The notes under the pieces: generated by a model
Seen by the model: the letters and a program-made list of their open reading frames with translations, nothing else
Told to the model about the DNA's origin: nothing
Databases searched by the model: none
Assembly (NCBI GenBank): GCA_041304645.1
Contig: JBFYMY010000140.1
Location: 1 to 29,701, forward strand
DNA: 29,701 nucleotides
Reading direction: 5' to 3'
Source: Thermoplasmatales archaeon
GTDB taxonomy: Archaea; Thermoplasmatota; Penumbrarchaeia; Penumbrarchaeales; Penumbrarchaeaceae
Program-made: the position numbers and the translations under genes
Shown here: positions 1 to 9,299 of the stretch, piece by piece
Position numbering within the stretch: the stretch's first letter is position 1
Layout of the letters: each line of letters starts with the position of its first letter

Positions 1-1
1 T

Positions 2-571
2 TATGGTGGCGAAGAGATAATCTTAGAGGGATCTATTATCGAGTTTAAGTTCGACAAGGCAGGAACATACGAGGGCGAACTTACTGTTCATGATGCGTAC
101 GTTAATTCAGGAAAGGATATAATTGTGATCACGGTCATTGACACCGGTATAGTAAAGGGAACTGTCAATGACCTGAAAGGGAACCCGGTCGAAGGGGCTA
201 ATGTGAAGATAACAATATCGAACGGGCAGATATATTCAACAACAACAAAAGCCAACGGCTCGTTCTCGCTTGTGGTGTTCCACGGCAACTTCAACTGGAC
301 CATATCGAAGGAAGGTTACAAGAGCATATCCGGGAGTTCCTACGTCAAGCCCTTGGAGGTTGTGGAGCTTGACCTTACGGATCATCCGATTATAAAAGAG
401 GATGAAAAAGAGGATAATCAATACATAATTCTTATCATCGTTCTTGCGGTCATAGTGGTTCTAATACTCGGGACCGTCCTCTTCATCCTCTTTCGGAAAA
501 AAGGACTATCCCTCGAGCCTGTACCGGAGAAAGGATTGGATATGGATACGGAGTTGGAGAGAGATGAATAA
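2..571 (+). CDS. 5'-partial membrane-anchored surface protein (end of PKD domain, carboxypeptidase-regulatory-like Ig domain, C-terminal TM helix)
   Basis: The frame is open from base 2 (YGGEEIILEGSIIEFKFDKAGTYEGELTVHDAY is a PKD-like end). It continues with GTVNDLKGNPVEGANVKI...TTTKANGSF...ISKEGY (carboxypeptidase-regulatory-like pattern) and a hydrophobic helix followed by RKK. Stop TAA is at 569-571. Confidence 0.8.
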   Translation, partial: YGGEEIILEGSIIEFKFDKAGTYEGELTVHDAYVNSGKDIIVITVIDTGIVKGTVNDLKGNPVEGANVKITISNGQIYSTTTKANGSFSLVVFHGNFNWTISKEGYKSISGSSYVKPLEVVELDLTDHPIIKEDEKEDNQYIILIIVLAVIVVLILGTVLFILFRKKGLSLEPVPEKGLDMDTELERDE

Positions 572-3500
572 AGAGGCTATGATTGTAGTGTTCACCATCC
601 AGATCATCATACTTTCAATATTCCCAATAACATGGTCAATAGAAGCAGAATGTAAAGATGGTTCTTTCGGGGGGGGAAACGGAACTCTTGACAATCCTTA
701 TGTTATCGAAGATGTTTGGGACCTGCAAGCAATGAATGACGACCTTTCTGCGCATTATATTTTGAAGAACGATATCAACGCTTCAGTGACAAAGACATGG
801 AACTATGGTGGGGGGTTTAGCCCGATAGGACACTATTCAGCAGAATTCAATGGCAGTCTTGATGGTCGGGGATACAATATTACAGGACTTGTGATCAACT
901 GGCCTAATGTGTTGAATATCGGATTGATAGGATATTCTGGAACTGAGAGCAAGATAAAAAATCTGAATCTGGTCGAAATTACTTTAAATTCAGGGGATGA
1001 CATCGGTGGGCTTATCGGTTATAATAGGGGTAAGGTGATTGATTCTAATGTCTCAGGAAAAGTAACTGGAAAGCCCAGTTATCATGGAAATATCGGTGGG
1101 ATCGTTGGAACTAATGAAGGTTCAATATCCAGATCTAATTACTGCGGAAATGTGACATGGGTCGGAGAAATTGGCTTGACCAAAGGAAAGGTGGGTGGTA
1201 TTGTTGGGAATAATATAGGATTTGTGGACAATTGCACTTTCTATGGAAATGTCTTTGGGGGATGGATCGTTGGAGGAGCTATAGGAATTAACTATGGTTC
1301 AATCTTAAATATTAAGGTAGACGGGAACATTGAAGGCTATGAACAAGTTGGAGGGATAGTCGGTTCAAGTTCTGCTCTAGTATCTCGTTCCTGTTTCTCA
1401 GGAAATATCTCTGGTTGGTCCCATATCGGCGGTATAGGGGGATTCGTTTCTGGAGGCACGGTGACCAACTGCTATGCTTGGGCAAACACCACCGGTTGGA
1501 AATTTGTTGGTGGTCTGTTAGGGAGTAATTCTGGGTCGGTCATAAATTCTCAAGCCGATGGGAGGGTAAATGGACCACAGAGCGTGGGTGGACTCATTGG
1601 ACAAAATAATGAAGGTTCTTTATCCAATTGTAATGCATCGGTCATAACTATCGGAGAAGAAATCGTTGGTGGACTCGCAGGAGAGAATAATGGAGGCACG
1701 ATAGTCAATTGTCGATCCAATGGAATTACGATCGGAACTAGTTCTGAAGAGAGCTATGTCGGTGGTCTTGTTGGATATAACAATGGGTCAATCTTTAATT
1801 CCAGAGCCGATGGAACAGTGGAAGGGATAGATAGTGTTGGTGGCTTTGTTGGTATCAATAAGGAAGGCTCCATCTCCAATTGCACATCATATGTCGTCAC
1901 TATCGGTGAGGACTTCGTCGGCGGTCTAGCAGGGGAGAATCTTCGTGGCACTGTGGTCAATTGTCAATCCCATGGAGATACTATCGGGACAGGTTTTCAA
2001 TTCGGTGTAATTGGAGGTCTTGTGGGACGCAACACCGGTCCGATCTACGATTCGATTGCCACGGGAAAGGTGACTGGAGTTGTGAACTGGACCTGGTCTG
2101 TTGGAGGTCTTGTGGGCGCCAATAGCGAGTTAGGCACAATAACATCCTCATTTGCAGCAGGGGATGTCCTAGGAAGTGGAGGGGTCGGAGGCCTAGTGGG
2201 ATCGAACAACGGCATGGTTTCCAACTCATCTTCATTTGGAAATGTCAACGGGACGAGTATGGTGGGGGGGCTCGTCGGTAATAACAATGAAGGACAGGGT
2301 GGTTCAATTAATAGTTCATTTTCCCTGGGAAATGTGAGTGGTCATGCCTGGGTAGGCGGCCTTGTGGGGCATAAAGGCTATGGATTTTCGATATCAAACT
2401 CCCATTATAACGTTGAAAAGGTTCTGATAAATGGGGCACATCATGTCACTTTCGGTGGACTGTTCGACCCTCAATACAGGGATTGGATCGAGAACGAGAT
2501 GAACTTGGAAATAACTGACTATGGGTCCACTCTTAGATTGGCTGATGATCATTATGAAATTAGTGGTGTTCAGGGATTTATGGACCTTCTCGGTTTCGCG
2601 GATATTTACGAGTACAAATATCGTTTGGTCATGGATCTGGACTTCTCGCAATACTCGAATATATACATCCCGTACTTAGCTTCACAAGAGTTCGATGGCA
2701 ATGGAAAAACGATATTCAACCTTTGTATAGACCAATCTTTCTCCTCGGGAGTAGGTCTATTTGGCACCATTATCCATGGGTCGATCAATAACCTGTATCT
2801 TGAAAACGTACAAAATTCAGGATACTGGTGGGTCGGTGGGCTTATTGGACAGAACTATTATGGTAATATCATAGCCTCATCCATAGGATCAGGGAATGTG
2901 AGTGGCATCAACGATGTGGGTGGCCTGATAGGAAATAATTATTTTGGTTCGTTATCCTCCTCGTTTTCAAAAGCATGTGTCAACGGAATTGAGAACATAG
3001 GTGGGCTTGTCGGCTTTAATTGGGGTTCCATCTCAAAATCCTATTCTACCGGAAGGACCGAAGGGGACAGTAAAACCGGGGGTCTTATCGGGACAAATTT
3101 TGGTGGTTCAGTCTTTGACTCTTATTCGACGGGTTTAATCATCGGAACCGGTCAAAAGGGCGGACTAATCGGTAACAGCACTAAAGTAACAGTTTCGAAC
3201 TGCTTCTGGGATGTTCAAACCAGCGGATTAATGACCAGCGGAGGAGGGGTCGGAAAGACCACGAAGGAAATGAAGACCAAGAGCATTTATACAGATGCAG
3301 GATGGGACTTCGGGACCGTATGGACCATAATTGAAAACGGGACATACCCATTCCTGAGATGGCAGGACCGTCTGCCTCCAGTCGCGGACCCGGGTCTCAA
3401 CATTACCGTGGATGAAGGTACAATAGTAACCTTGAATGGAGAAAAAAGCTTAGATGATATGGGGATAATTAATTACACTTGGACATTCACAGATGGTGAC

Positions 3501-5204
3501 AAGGTTATGCTTCATGGTCTTAGCACATTGTATCGATTCAACAACCCTGGCTTATTCATTGTCAACCTGACCGTTGAAGATTCTATAGGCAATTTGGACA
3601 CGGATTCCATGACCGTCAAGGTCAATGATTCGGTCCCGCCCGTTGCAAAGTTGTCATTCAAGAACTCTGACGATTTCTATAGGATTAAGGCCAAGAAGTT
3701 CATTGTCAGGGTCAACGAGAACATCACGCTTTCTGCTGAGGGTTCGTTCGACCCTGTAGGGGAGATCGTCGAATACCATTGGGAAATCCCCTCCCAGATA
3801 ACCCTAATCAGCGGTTCGTTGTCAGGGGATAAGGAAGCCTCAGAGAGGATCATATTTCGATTTGATGGGAATTCCAACTACTATCATAACATAACCCTCT
3901 GGGTTAGGGACTCGTCCGGACTGGTCTCCCCCAAGGATTGGGTATCCCTTATGCCTGATTCCGCCCCCCCTTACCTTGATTCATACACCATCTATGATAA
4001 AAGATCAAAGACCTTTTTAGTGGCCCCATACATGATAGACGAGGACGTCGAGCTCGAGTTCAACGCTTCAAGGGCGAGCGATAATGGAGAGGTCATTGAT
4101 CACATCTGGTCCTTCAATGACGGCAGCGGACCGTTCAATGGGATGATAGTGGACCATTACTTCTTTGACCCTGGCAGCTACAATATCTCTCTCCTTCTCG
4201 TTGATGCAGTTGGTAACAGAATGAAATTCGAGAACAGGACCATTCTCGTCAGGGATACGACCAAACCGATACCTGTGATGGTCCTATCGGACCTGGAGAT
4301 CGATATGGGTTCGGAAGTGGTCTTGGACGGTTCCCGATCCTACGATCCAAGGACAACGGGTGATCTTTATGATGCGATATCGAGCTATACTTGGTATTTG
4401 TACAGCGTAGGTGAGAACTATACAAAACAGACGGTCATAGGTCATGGTGGTGTCATAGAGCATACCTTCTTACTACCGGGGTATTGGGTCCTCAACCTTA
4501 CCATCATCGATGAGAACGGTCTGACCGCTTGGACTGAGAAGACCCTGCTCATAGGTGGGCCCGACCTGCAAGTAGATGCTGTGATCTTCGTTGATCCCGC
4601 GATGGACAAGATCAAGGAAGGTGACCGAGCCAAAATATCCATTATCATAAAGAACACCGGTACAACCGACATCCAGAGGGATATCGAATGGGATCTCAAA
4701 GTCACCCTTGACGGAAAGACCATACAAATATACACCATCGATAGAGAGATAAGGGCGGGAGGATCCATTCATATCAATTTCTCATACACCTTCGAAAGCA
4801 GAGGTTCGAAGGAGTTGATGGTGTACCTGGACCCGACCAATGTCGTTCCGGAAATGGTCGAAAATAATAATGATTATGAAATTGACTTTAAAGTCAATAT
4901 TCTGAATGATGGTGGTTTTCCCATTTTCTGCATATCTCAACTAGTTCTTACTATCCTCTTGATCGGTCTATCCCTATCTTTGTTCCTCTATTTGAGGAAG
5001 CGAATGGAACATGGGACCTCCTCAGGTGGTCTGCAGGAGGGAACGGACCAGGCCTCCAAAAATGATGATGAGGTGCTCGGACCTAATGATATTCTAATGG
5101 GATCGGACGATAGGATGGTTAGAGACGATAGGGAAGGTGAGATTGGTCCAGGAATTAATGGGCCCACTTACGAAATGGATGATGACATCATTCCGCAAGA
5201 GTGA
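564..5204 (+). CDS. Large cell-surface protein: signal peptide, two GLUG-motif beta-helix modules, several PKD domains, CARDB, C-terminal TM anchor
   Basis: 1546-aa ORF with a hydrophobic N-terminus, a GGGNGT-DNPY cap and many VGGLVG/IGGLIG repeats. It has the closing motif CFWDVQTSG...GKTTKEMK...GWDF...W...YPFL, PKD signatures (PVADPG...TLNGEKSLDD; YTWTF; HYFFDPGSYNISL), a CARDB signature (PDLQV...VYLDPTNVVPEMVENNN) and a TM helix before RKR. It overlaps the upstream stop by 8 bp. Confidence 0.9.
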   Translation: MNKEAMIVVFTIQIIILSIFPITWSIEAECKDGSFGGGNGTLDNPYVIEDVWDLQAMNDDLSAHYILKNDINASVTKTWNYGGGFSPIGHYSAEFNGSLDGRGYNITGLVINWPNVLNIGLIGYSGTESKIKNLNLVEITLNSGDDIGGLIGYNRGKVIDSNVSGKVTGKPSYHGNIGGIVGTNEGSISRSNYCGNVTWVGEIGLTKGKVGGIVGNNIGFVDNCTFYGNVFGGWIVGGAIGINYGSILNIKVDGNIEGYEQVGGIVGSSSALVSRSCFSGNISGWSHIGGIGGFVSGGTVTNCYAWANTTGWKFVGGLLGSNSGSVINSQADGRVNGPQSVGGLIGQNNEGSLSNCNASVITIGEEIVGGLAGENNGGTIVNCRSNGITIGTSSEESYVGGLVGYNNGSIFNSRADGTVEGIDSVGGFVGINKEGSISNCTSYVVTIGEDFVGGLAGENLRGTVVNCQSHGDTIGTGFQFGVIGGLVGRNTGPIYDSIATGKVTGVVNWTWSVGGLVGANSELGTITSSFAAGDVLGSGGVGGLVGSNNGMVSNSSSFGNVNGTSMVGGLVGNNNEGQGGSINSSFSLGNVSGHAWVGGLVGHKGYGFSISNSHYNVEKVLINGAHHVTFGGLFDPQYRDWIENEMNLEITDYGSTLRLADDHYEISGVQGFMDLLGFADIYEYKYRLVMDLDFSQYSNIYIPYLASQEFDGNGKTIFNLCIDQSFSSGVGLFGTIIHGSINNLYLENVQNSGYWWVGGLIGQNYYGNIIASSIGSGNVSGINDVGGLIGNNYFGSLSSSFSKACVNGIENIGGLVGFNWGSISKSYSTGRTEGDSKTGGLIGTNFGGSVFDSYSTGLIIGTGQKGGLIGNSTKVTVSNCFWDVQTSGLMTSGGGVGKTTKEMKTKSIYTDAGWDFGTVWTIIENGTYPFLRWQDRLPPVADPGLNITVDEGTIVTLNGEKSLDDMGIINYTWTFTDGDKVMLHGLSTLYRFNNPGLFIVNLTVEDSIGNLDTDSMTVKVNDSVPPVAKLSFKNSDDFYRIKAKKFIVRVNENITLSAEGSFDPVGEIVEYHWEIPSQITLISGSLSGDKEASERIIFRFDGNSNYYHNITLWVRDSSGLVSPKDWVSLMPDSAPPYLDSYTIYDKRSKTFLVAPYMIDEDVELEFNASRASDNGEVIDHIWSFNDGSGPFNGMIVDHYFFDPGSYNISLLLVDAVGNRMKFENRTILVRDTTKPIPVMVLSDLEIDMGSEVVLDGSRSYDPRTTGDLYDAISSYTWYLYSVGENYTKQTVIGHGGVIEHTFLLPGYWVLNLTIIDENGLTAWTEKTLLIGGPDLQVDAVIFVDPAMDKIKEGDRAKISIIIKNTGTTDIQRDIEWDLKVTLDGKTIQIYTIDREIRAGGSIHINFSYTFESRGSKELMVYLDPTNVVPEMVENNNDYEIDFKVNILNDGGFPIFCISQLVLTILLIGLSLSLFLYLRKRMEHGTSSGGLQEGTDQASKNDDEVLGPNDILMGSDDRMVRDDREGEIGPGINGPTYEMDDDIIPQE

Positions 5205-5487
5205 AGAGCTGGTCGTCCTCATCGACGTCGAAGAGACCCATCCTTGCCCCGGCATCGAGCCATCCATGGGCATAGTTCACGGCCCCGTATGCAAGGACAT
5301 AGTTCCCGTCCGTAGCGAAGGCCTTGGCGTCAGAATAGTACGACATGGCCATGGCAAGGAAGTCCTCCGCAAGCTTGTTCAGATGACTTCTGCAGGGAGG
5401 CGCTATCTTCACCTTGTCTATGGCCCTCCCGGTGGTCTCGAGGTATTTCCTCATCCTCTCCTCCGAGATCTGCATTATCTTATCCAT
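5188..5487 (-). CDS. DUF357 family protein
   Basis: MAMSYYSDAKAFATDGNYVLAYGAVNYAHGWLDAGARMG matches the archaeal DUF357 pattern (Y..DA..F...G..v.A...vnYA.gwLDA). The ATG at 5487 is preferred because GTGAG lies 5 nt upstream; the GTG at 5496 is an alternative start. Confidence 0.85.
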   Translation of the reverse strand: MDKIMQISEERMRKYLETTGRAIDKVKIAPPCRSHLNKLAEDFLAMAMSYYSDAKAFATDGNYVLAYGAVNYAHGWLDAGARMGLFDVDEDDQLFTLAE

Positions 5488-5521
5488 AGGACTCACTATA
5501 CCCGCCGATGAACGGACCCCC

Positions 5522-5528
5522 TTTTATA
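5522..5528 (-). promoter_or_regulatory. Putative TATA box for DUF357
   Basis: TATAAAA on the minus strand, 35-41 nt upstream of ATG 5487, in the 48-bp gap after the HerA-like gene. Confidence 0.5.
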
Positions 5529-5544
5529 CCTATCCTTCAGATTA

Positions 5545-7113
5545 TCAAACGGCCCCATCATCATTCCGGGAATACCTGGAGGAGAGGTGTCCCAGTATGT
5601 CCACGGCCTCCCCTCCGTGCCTTGTCCTCCTGGTCCTCACCTCGACCAGGACAGGGTTTGAAATGTTCCCCCCCACGACCAGAGCCACGGACACGGGCAG
5701 GTTCTGTATCTCGTCCGCCATCCTGCTGTTCAGACCCTCCACTGAGGCCACCACCGCCTTCAGGTCGTTGGGATTGGTGACCTTGAGTATGATCTGGGTC
5801 CCGCACTGGGAGAGGACGTTCTTGTCCACCTTCGCCGGCCGCTGGGAGACGACAGCCAGGCCCAGGCCGAACTTCCTGCCCTCGGAGGCGAGTGTCTGAA
5901 GGACCTGGGAAGTGATGACTGTCGATCCCTGAGGGCAGAAATTATGCGCTTCCTCCACCACGAGCATGAAGGGGGGTATGAGCCCGTCCTTCCTGGCCTG
6001 GAAGAGCTTCTTCAAAAGCGCTGCGACACCTATCTGCTGGATGTCAAGGGGGATGTCCTTGAGCTCTATCACGGTGACCTTCCCTGGCACCACAACGCTG
6101 GAGAGGGGGGTGGGCGCCGTATTGAAGAACGGGAGCCGTTTGAGATGCTCGAGCCCGTTCAAGATAGGCCATTTGGCCGGATTGTTCTCCGATTGGAGTG
6201 CCGTCATGAGGTCGAAAAGGTCGAGATCCTCCCCGAGGACGGACCTCACCCTGTCCATGGCCACATAGAGGAGTGACGAGGAGGGGCCTATGTTCTTGAG
6301 CCCCATGACCTCCAGGAGGTCCTCCGCCTTGAAATGGCGTATGTCCAGGCCCAATGTGGGGACAGCGCCAGGCAATGCTCCCGGAGCCGACAGCGTATAT
6401 TCCAGCAATCTGTCCCCAAGCCCTTTGGGGGAGACCCCGAAGCGTTCCATGCGCTCGTATTCCTCCCCTACTATGTTCGGTGAGACCAGCGTCCTGTACT
6501 CGCCGTGGAGGTCCAAGACCACCACCGGGACGTCGAGCTTGTTAAGCTCCTCGGCGAGGACCCCGCAGGTATATGATTTCCCGGAACCGCTCTTTGCTAT
6601 GAGCGCGACATGCCTCTGGACGAGCACCGAAGGGTCCAGGACCACATCCACGTCCGAGTGGAGGACCTTCCCGAGATAGACCCCGCCGTCCCTGTCCGAT
6701 CCCATGCCCAGGGTGGAACAGATGAGCTCCCTGCTGGCCTTATATACCCTTGTCGATGGAAGTACGGGGGTCAGAGGACGGTAGAGGTTGCCCCGGTCAT
6801 CCCTCCTGCCTATCACGGACACCTTCCCGACCCTCCTGTAGGTGACCCTGCCTGGTGATCCGGCCAGGCGTCCCAGTGCCTTCTCCTGGTCCAGGTCCGA
6901 CAGGAGCTCAACGGAATCGACGATGCCCAGAACAGGTCCGTCAGTGGGATGGTCAAGCTCAACATGGTCCATCTCCCTGACTGAAGGGTCCGTCAGGACG
7001 CATCTGAACTCGGAGGACCCCACATTGCCGAAGACCATGCCGGCAGGCTCGAGGCCCGTATCGGGCCCGATATCGTCCGGAACGGTCTCCCTATCATGCG
7101 TCATGGGTCCCAT
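5545..7113 (-). CDS. HerA-like (DUF87) ATPase with N-terminal HAS barrel
   Basis: Walker A AKSGSGKS, DLHGEY, Walker B LVVEEAHNF, EGRKFGLGLAVVSQRPAKVD and SQCGTQII are HerA/FtsK-family motifs. The N-terminal beta-rich region looks like a HAS barrel. The start is 7113 or 7104. Confidence 0.9.
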   Translation of the reverse strand: MGPMTHDRETVPDDIGPDTGLEPAGMVFGNVGSSEFRCVLTDPSVREMDHVELDHPTDGPVLGIVDSVELLSDLDQEKALGRLAGSPGRVTYRRVGKVSVIGRRDDRGNLYRPLTPVLPSTRVYKASRELICSTLGMGSDRDGGVYLGKVLHSDVDVVLDPSVLVQRHVALIAKSGSGKSYTCGVLAEELNKLDVPVVVLDLHGEYRTLVSPNIVGEEYERMERFGVSPKGLGDRLLEYTLSAPGALPGAVPTLGLDIRHFKAEDLLEVMGLKNIGPSSSLLYVAMDRVRSVLGEDLDLFDLMTALQSENNPAKWPILNGLEHLKRLPFFNTAPTPLSSVVVPGKVTVIELKDIPLDIQQIGVAALLKKLFQARKDGLIPPFMLVVEEAHNFCPQGSTVITSQVLQTLASEGRKFGLGLAVVSQRPAKVDKNVLSQCGTQIILKVTNPNDLKAVVASVEGLNSRMADEIQNLPVSVALVVGGNISNPVLVEVRTRRTRHGGEAVDILGHLSSRYSRNDDGAV

Positions 7114-7208
7114 CTCATTCTATACGGGCCTTCTGATTCTCGATATTTAATCCTTTGCCGTGATGCTCCGAATGGCGGCTAGGACCTGGTTTGGGATCGC
7201 CTGATAGC

Positions 7209-7898
7209 ATGAAATATCAGGAACTGCATGGACCTTCAATGCTCGACGATAGGAGGCTTTTGTACCTTGACGGCAAGCTCTTCACCGAGGACCTGGAAGG
7301 GGGCCGTTCCGTCCACGGGGAGCAGCTCATGGTCCGTGACGGCAGGACCTGCAGGGAATGGGTCCCCTGGAGGTCCAAGATGGCGACATACATCAAGAAG
7401 AAAGGGCTCCCCCATTTCGAGGGCAGGTCCCTCCTCTACCTGGGAGCGGCCCAGGGGACCACCGTCTCACACCTTTCCGACCTGATGCCTAATGGGACCA
7501 TCTACGCCGTGGAGGTCTCCCCCACGGCCTTTTCTCCGCTTAGCTCCCTATCAAAGAGGAGGCCCAACATAGTCCCCATACTGGGGGACGCGTTCCACCC
7601 CGAGACCTACAGTATGATTGTCGGGTCGGCTGACGCCATCTATCAGGACGTCGCCCAGAAGGACCAGCTGGGCATGTTCCTCAGGAACTCCGAGATGTTG
7701 TTGAGAACGGGTGGCAGGGGCATGTTCATGCTCAAGGCTCGCTCGGTCGATGTGACGGCAGACCCCCAGAGCGTGGCCGACAGGACGGCCAGAGGGCTGA
7801 AGGAAGGCGGGTTCGAGGTCCTTGAGATCATAGAGCTTGACCCATTCCAGAAGGACCACTTCGCCCTGTATGTGGAGCGTTCACCGGGTAGGGTATAA
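7209..7898 (+). CDS. flpA: Fibrillarin-like rRNA/tRNA 2'-O-methyltransferase
   Basis: REWVPWRSKMA, LYLGAAQGTTVSHLSD, YAVEVSP, NIVPILGDA, IYQDVAQKDQ, KARSVDVT and LDPFQKDH all match archaeal fibrillarin. The ATG at 7209 is preferred over the TTG at 7191. Confidence 0.93.
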   Translation: MKYQELHGPSMLDDRRLLYLDGKLFTEDLEGGRSVHGEQLMVRDGRTCREWVPWRSKMATYIKKKGLPHFEGRSLLYLGAAQGTTVSHLSDLMPNGTIYAVEVSPTAFSPLSSLSKRRPNIVPILGDAFHPETYSMIVGSADAIYQDVAQKDQLGMFLRNSEMLLRTGGRGMFMLKARSVDVTADPQSVADRTARGLKEGGFEVLEIIELDPFQKDHFALYVERSPGRV

Positions 7899-7945
7899 AT
7901 GCTTTTCAAGAAAGATTTATGATAGGAACCATCCTACCCGGGTCC

Positions 7946-9280
7946 ATGGTCAAGGTCATTCCATTCAAAGCTTACCGCTACTCGAACGAAAAGGTCCCGA
8001 ACATGGCCAGGGTCGTTGCCCCCCCTTATGATGTCATAAAGGGGAAGAAGGTGGACGAGATCCAGGGCCTATCTCCCTTCAATATCGCCTGGATAACAAA
8101 GAACAAGCCCCAGGAGGGTGATGGTCCTGACAACAACCAGTACACCAGGGCCGGCGACCTCTGGAGGGCATGGATGGAGCAGGGCGTCCTCAAGAGGGAC
8201 GAGGATGAGCTTTTCTACGTTTACTGCCAGGACTTCGAGGTGGAAGGCAAGATGCTCTCCAGGTTCGGCTTCCTGGGGCTCCTCGGACAGGAGGAGTTCG
8301 CAACGGCCCCTCCCCCCTCTGGCAAGTTCGCAGGCATCCTGCAGCACGAGGAGACCCTTCCGAAGGACATCCAGGACAGGCTGAACCTTACCAGGGCAAC
8401 CGTCGCCCAGTTCGGCCAGATCTTCGTCATCTATCCCGACCAGGAAGGCGAGGTCGATGACATACTACGGAAGTACATGGAAAAGAAGGGCCCCGTGATG
8501 GACCTCATAGACCATGACAACATCAGGCAGAGGCTCTGGGTCGTGGACGCTAAGAAGGATATCAAGGCCATAACCAGAGCGATGAAGGACAAGTACGTGA
8601 TAATCGCAGACGGACATCACAGGTACAAGACCTCCCTTGCGATGGCCAAGGAGCACCCCGAGCTCAAGGCCGCCCAGTACACGATGATGTGCTTCGTGAA
8701 CATGGCGAACCCGGGGCTCGTGATACTGCCGACCCACAGACTGGTCCAGAACCTTGAGTTCTTCTCCAAGCAGGAGCTCATGGGCAGGCTCGCCGAGCAC
8801 TTCGAGGTCCAGGACTTCCCGGACAAGGAGCCGATGTTCGAGGCAATGGAAACCATGTTCAAGCAGGGAATGCATGCCTTCGGCCTGTTCATGAACGACG
8901 GGAAGTTCTACAGCCTGGCATTGAAGGACGTATCGGTAATGGACAAGCTCCTGCCCGAAAGGTCGCCCCATCTGAGACAGCTGGACGTCTCCATTCTCCA
9001 TGTCCTTGTCCTTGACAGGCTCCTGGGCATAGACAAGACCAAGCTCGCCCAGGGGACCATGACGGGCGGAGGCTATGTCGTATATATCAAAGGCATAGGC
9101 GACGCCGTGGACGAGGCCGTGCAGTCCGTCAAGGACGGTGCCCAGGCCTGCTTCTTCATGAACCCGACAAGGATAGGGGAAGTGGGTAGTGTGGCGACGA
9201 ATTTCGAGTGCATGCCCCAGAAGTCCACCTTCTTCCACCCGAAGGTCTGGACCGGGTTTACTATACACAAATTGGATTAA
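7946..9280 (+). CDS. DUF1015 family protein (ParB/Srx-like DGHHR core)
   Basis: Starts MVKVIPFKAYRY...VVAPPYDVI and contains HEETL...IQDRLNL, IIADGHHRY, LVILPTHR and MPQKSTFFHPK..TG, which are DUF1015 hallmarks. Start at ATG 7946. Confidence 0.88.
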   Translation: MVKVIPFKAYRYSNEKVPNMARVVAPPYDVIKGKKVDEIQGLSPFNIAWITKNKPQEGDGPDNNQYTRAGDLWRAWMEQGVLKRDEDELFYVYCQDFEVEGKMLSRFGFLGLLGQEEFATAPPPSGKFAGILQHEETLPKDIQDRLNLTRATVAQFGQIFVIYPDQEGEVDDILRKYMEKKGPVMDLIDHDNIRQRLWVVDAKKDIKAITRAMKDKYVIIADGHHRYKTSLAMAKEHPELKAAQYTMMCFVNMANPGLVILPTHRLVQNLEFFSKQELMGRLAEHFEVQDFPDKEPMFEAMETMFKQGMHAFGLFMNDGKFYSLALKDVSVMDKLLPERSPHLRQLDVSILHVLVLDRLLGIDKTKLAQGTMTGGGYVVYIKGIGDAVDEAVQSVKDGAQACFFMNPTRIGEVGSVATNFECMPQKSTFFHPKVWTGFTIHKLD

Positions 9281-9299
9281 AAAAAAAGGAGATGACACG

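Noticed and set aside
669-676. G8 tract near the start of the GLUG gene (and G7-G8 tracts at 2264 and 19393) as phase-variation sites
   Set aside because: They encode Gly-Gly-Gly within conserved motifs, the frames are intact, and such runs are expected in Gly-rich genes.
5137-5899. Plus-strand ORFs 5137-5511, 5414-5899 and 5508-5780
   Set aside because: They are antisense to DUF357 and the HerA-like gene and have no recognisable features.
5545-7113. HerA as part of an anti-phage system (Sir2-HerA, DUF4297-HerA)
   Set aside because: No effector nuclease or sirtuin is adjacent, and the neighbours are housekeeping genes with host-like composition.
9189-9299. N-terminal extension of serC, and the A9 run at 9279-9287 as a possible frameshift fusion with DUF1015
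   Set aside because: Both genes are complete, with a normal stop and an RBS plus ATG. The A run is the stop codon plus a spacer, with no other recoding evidence.
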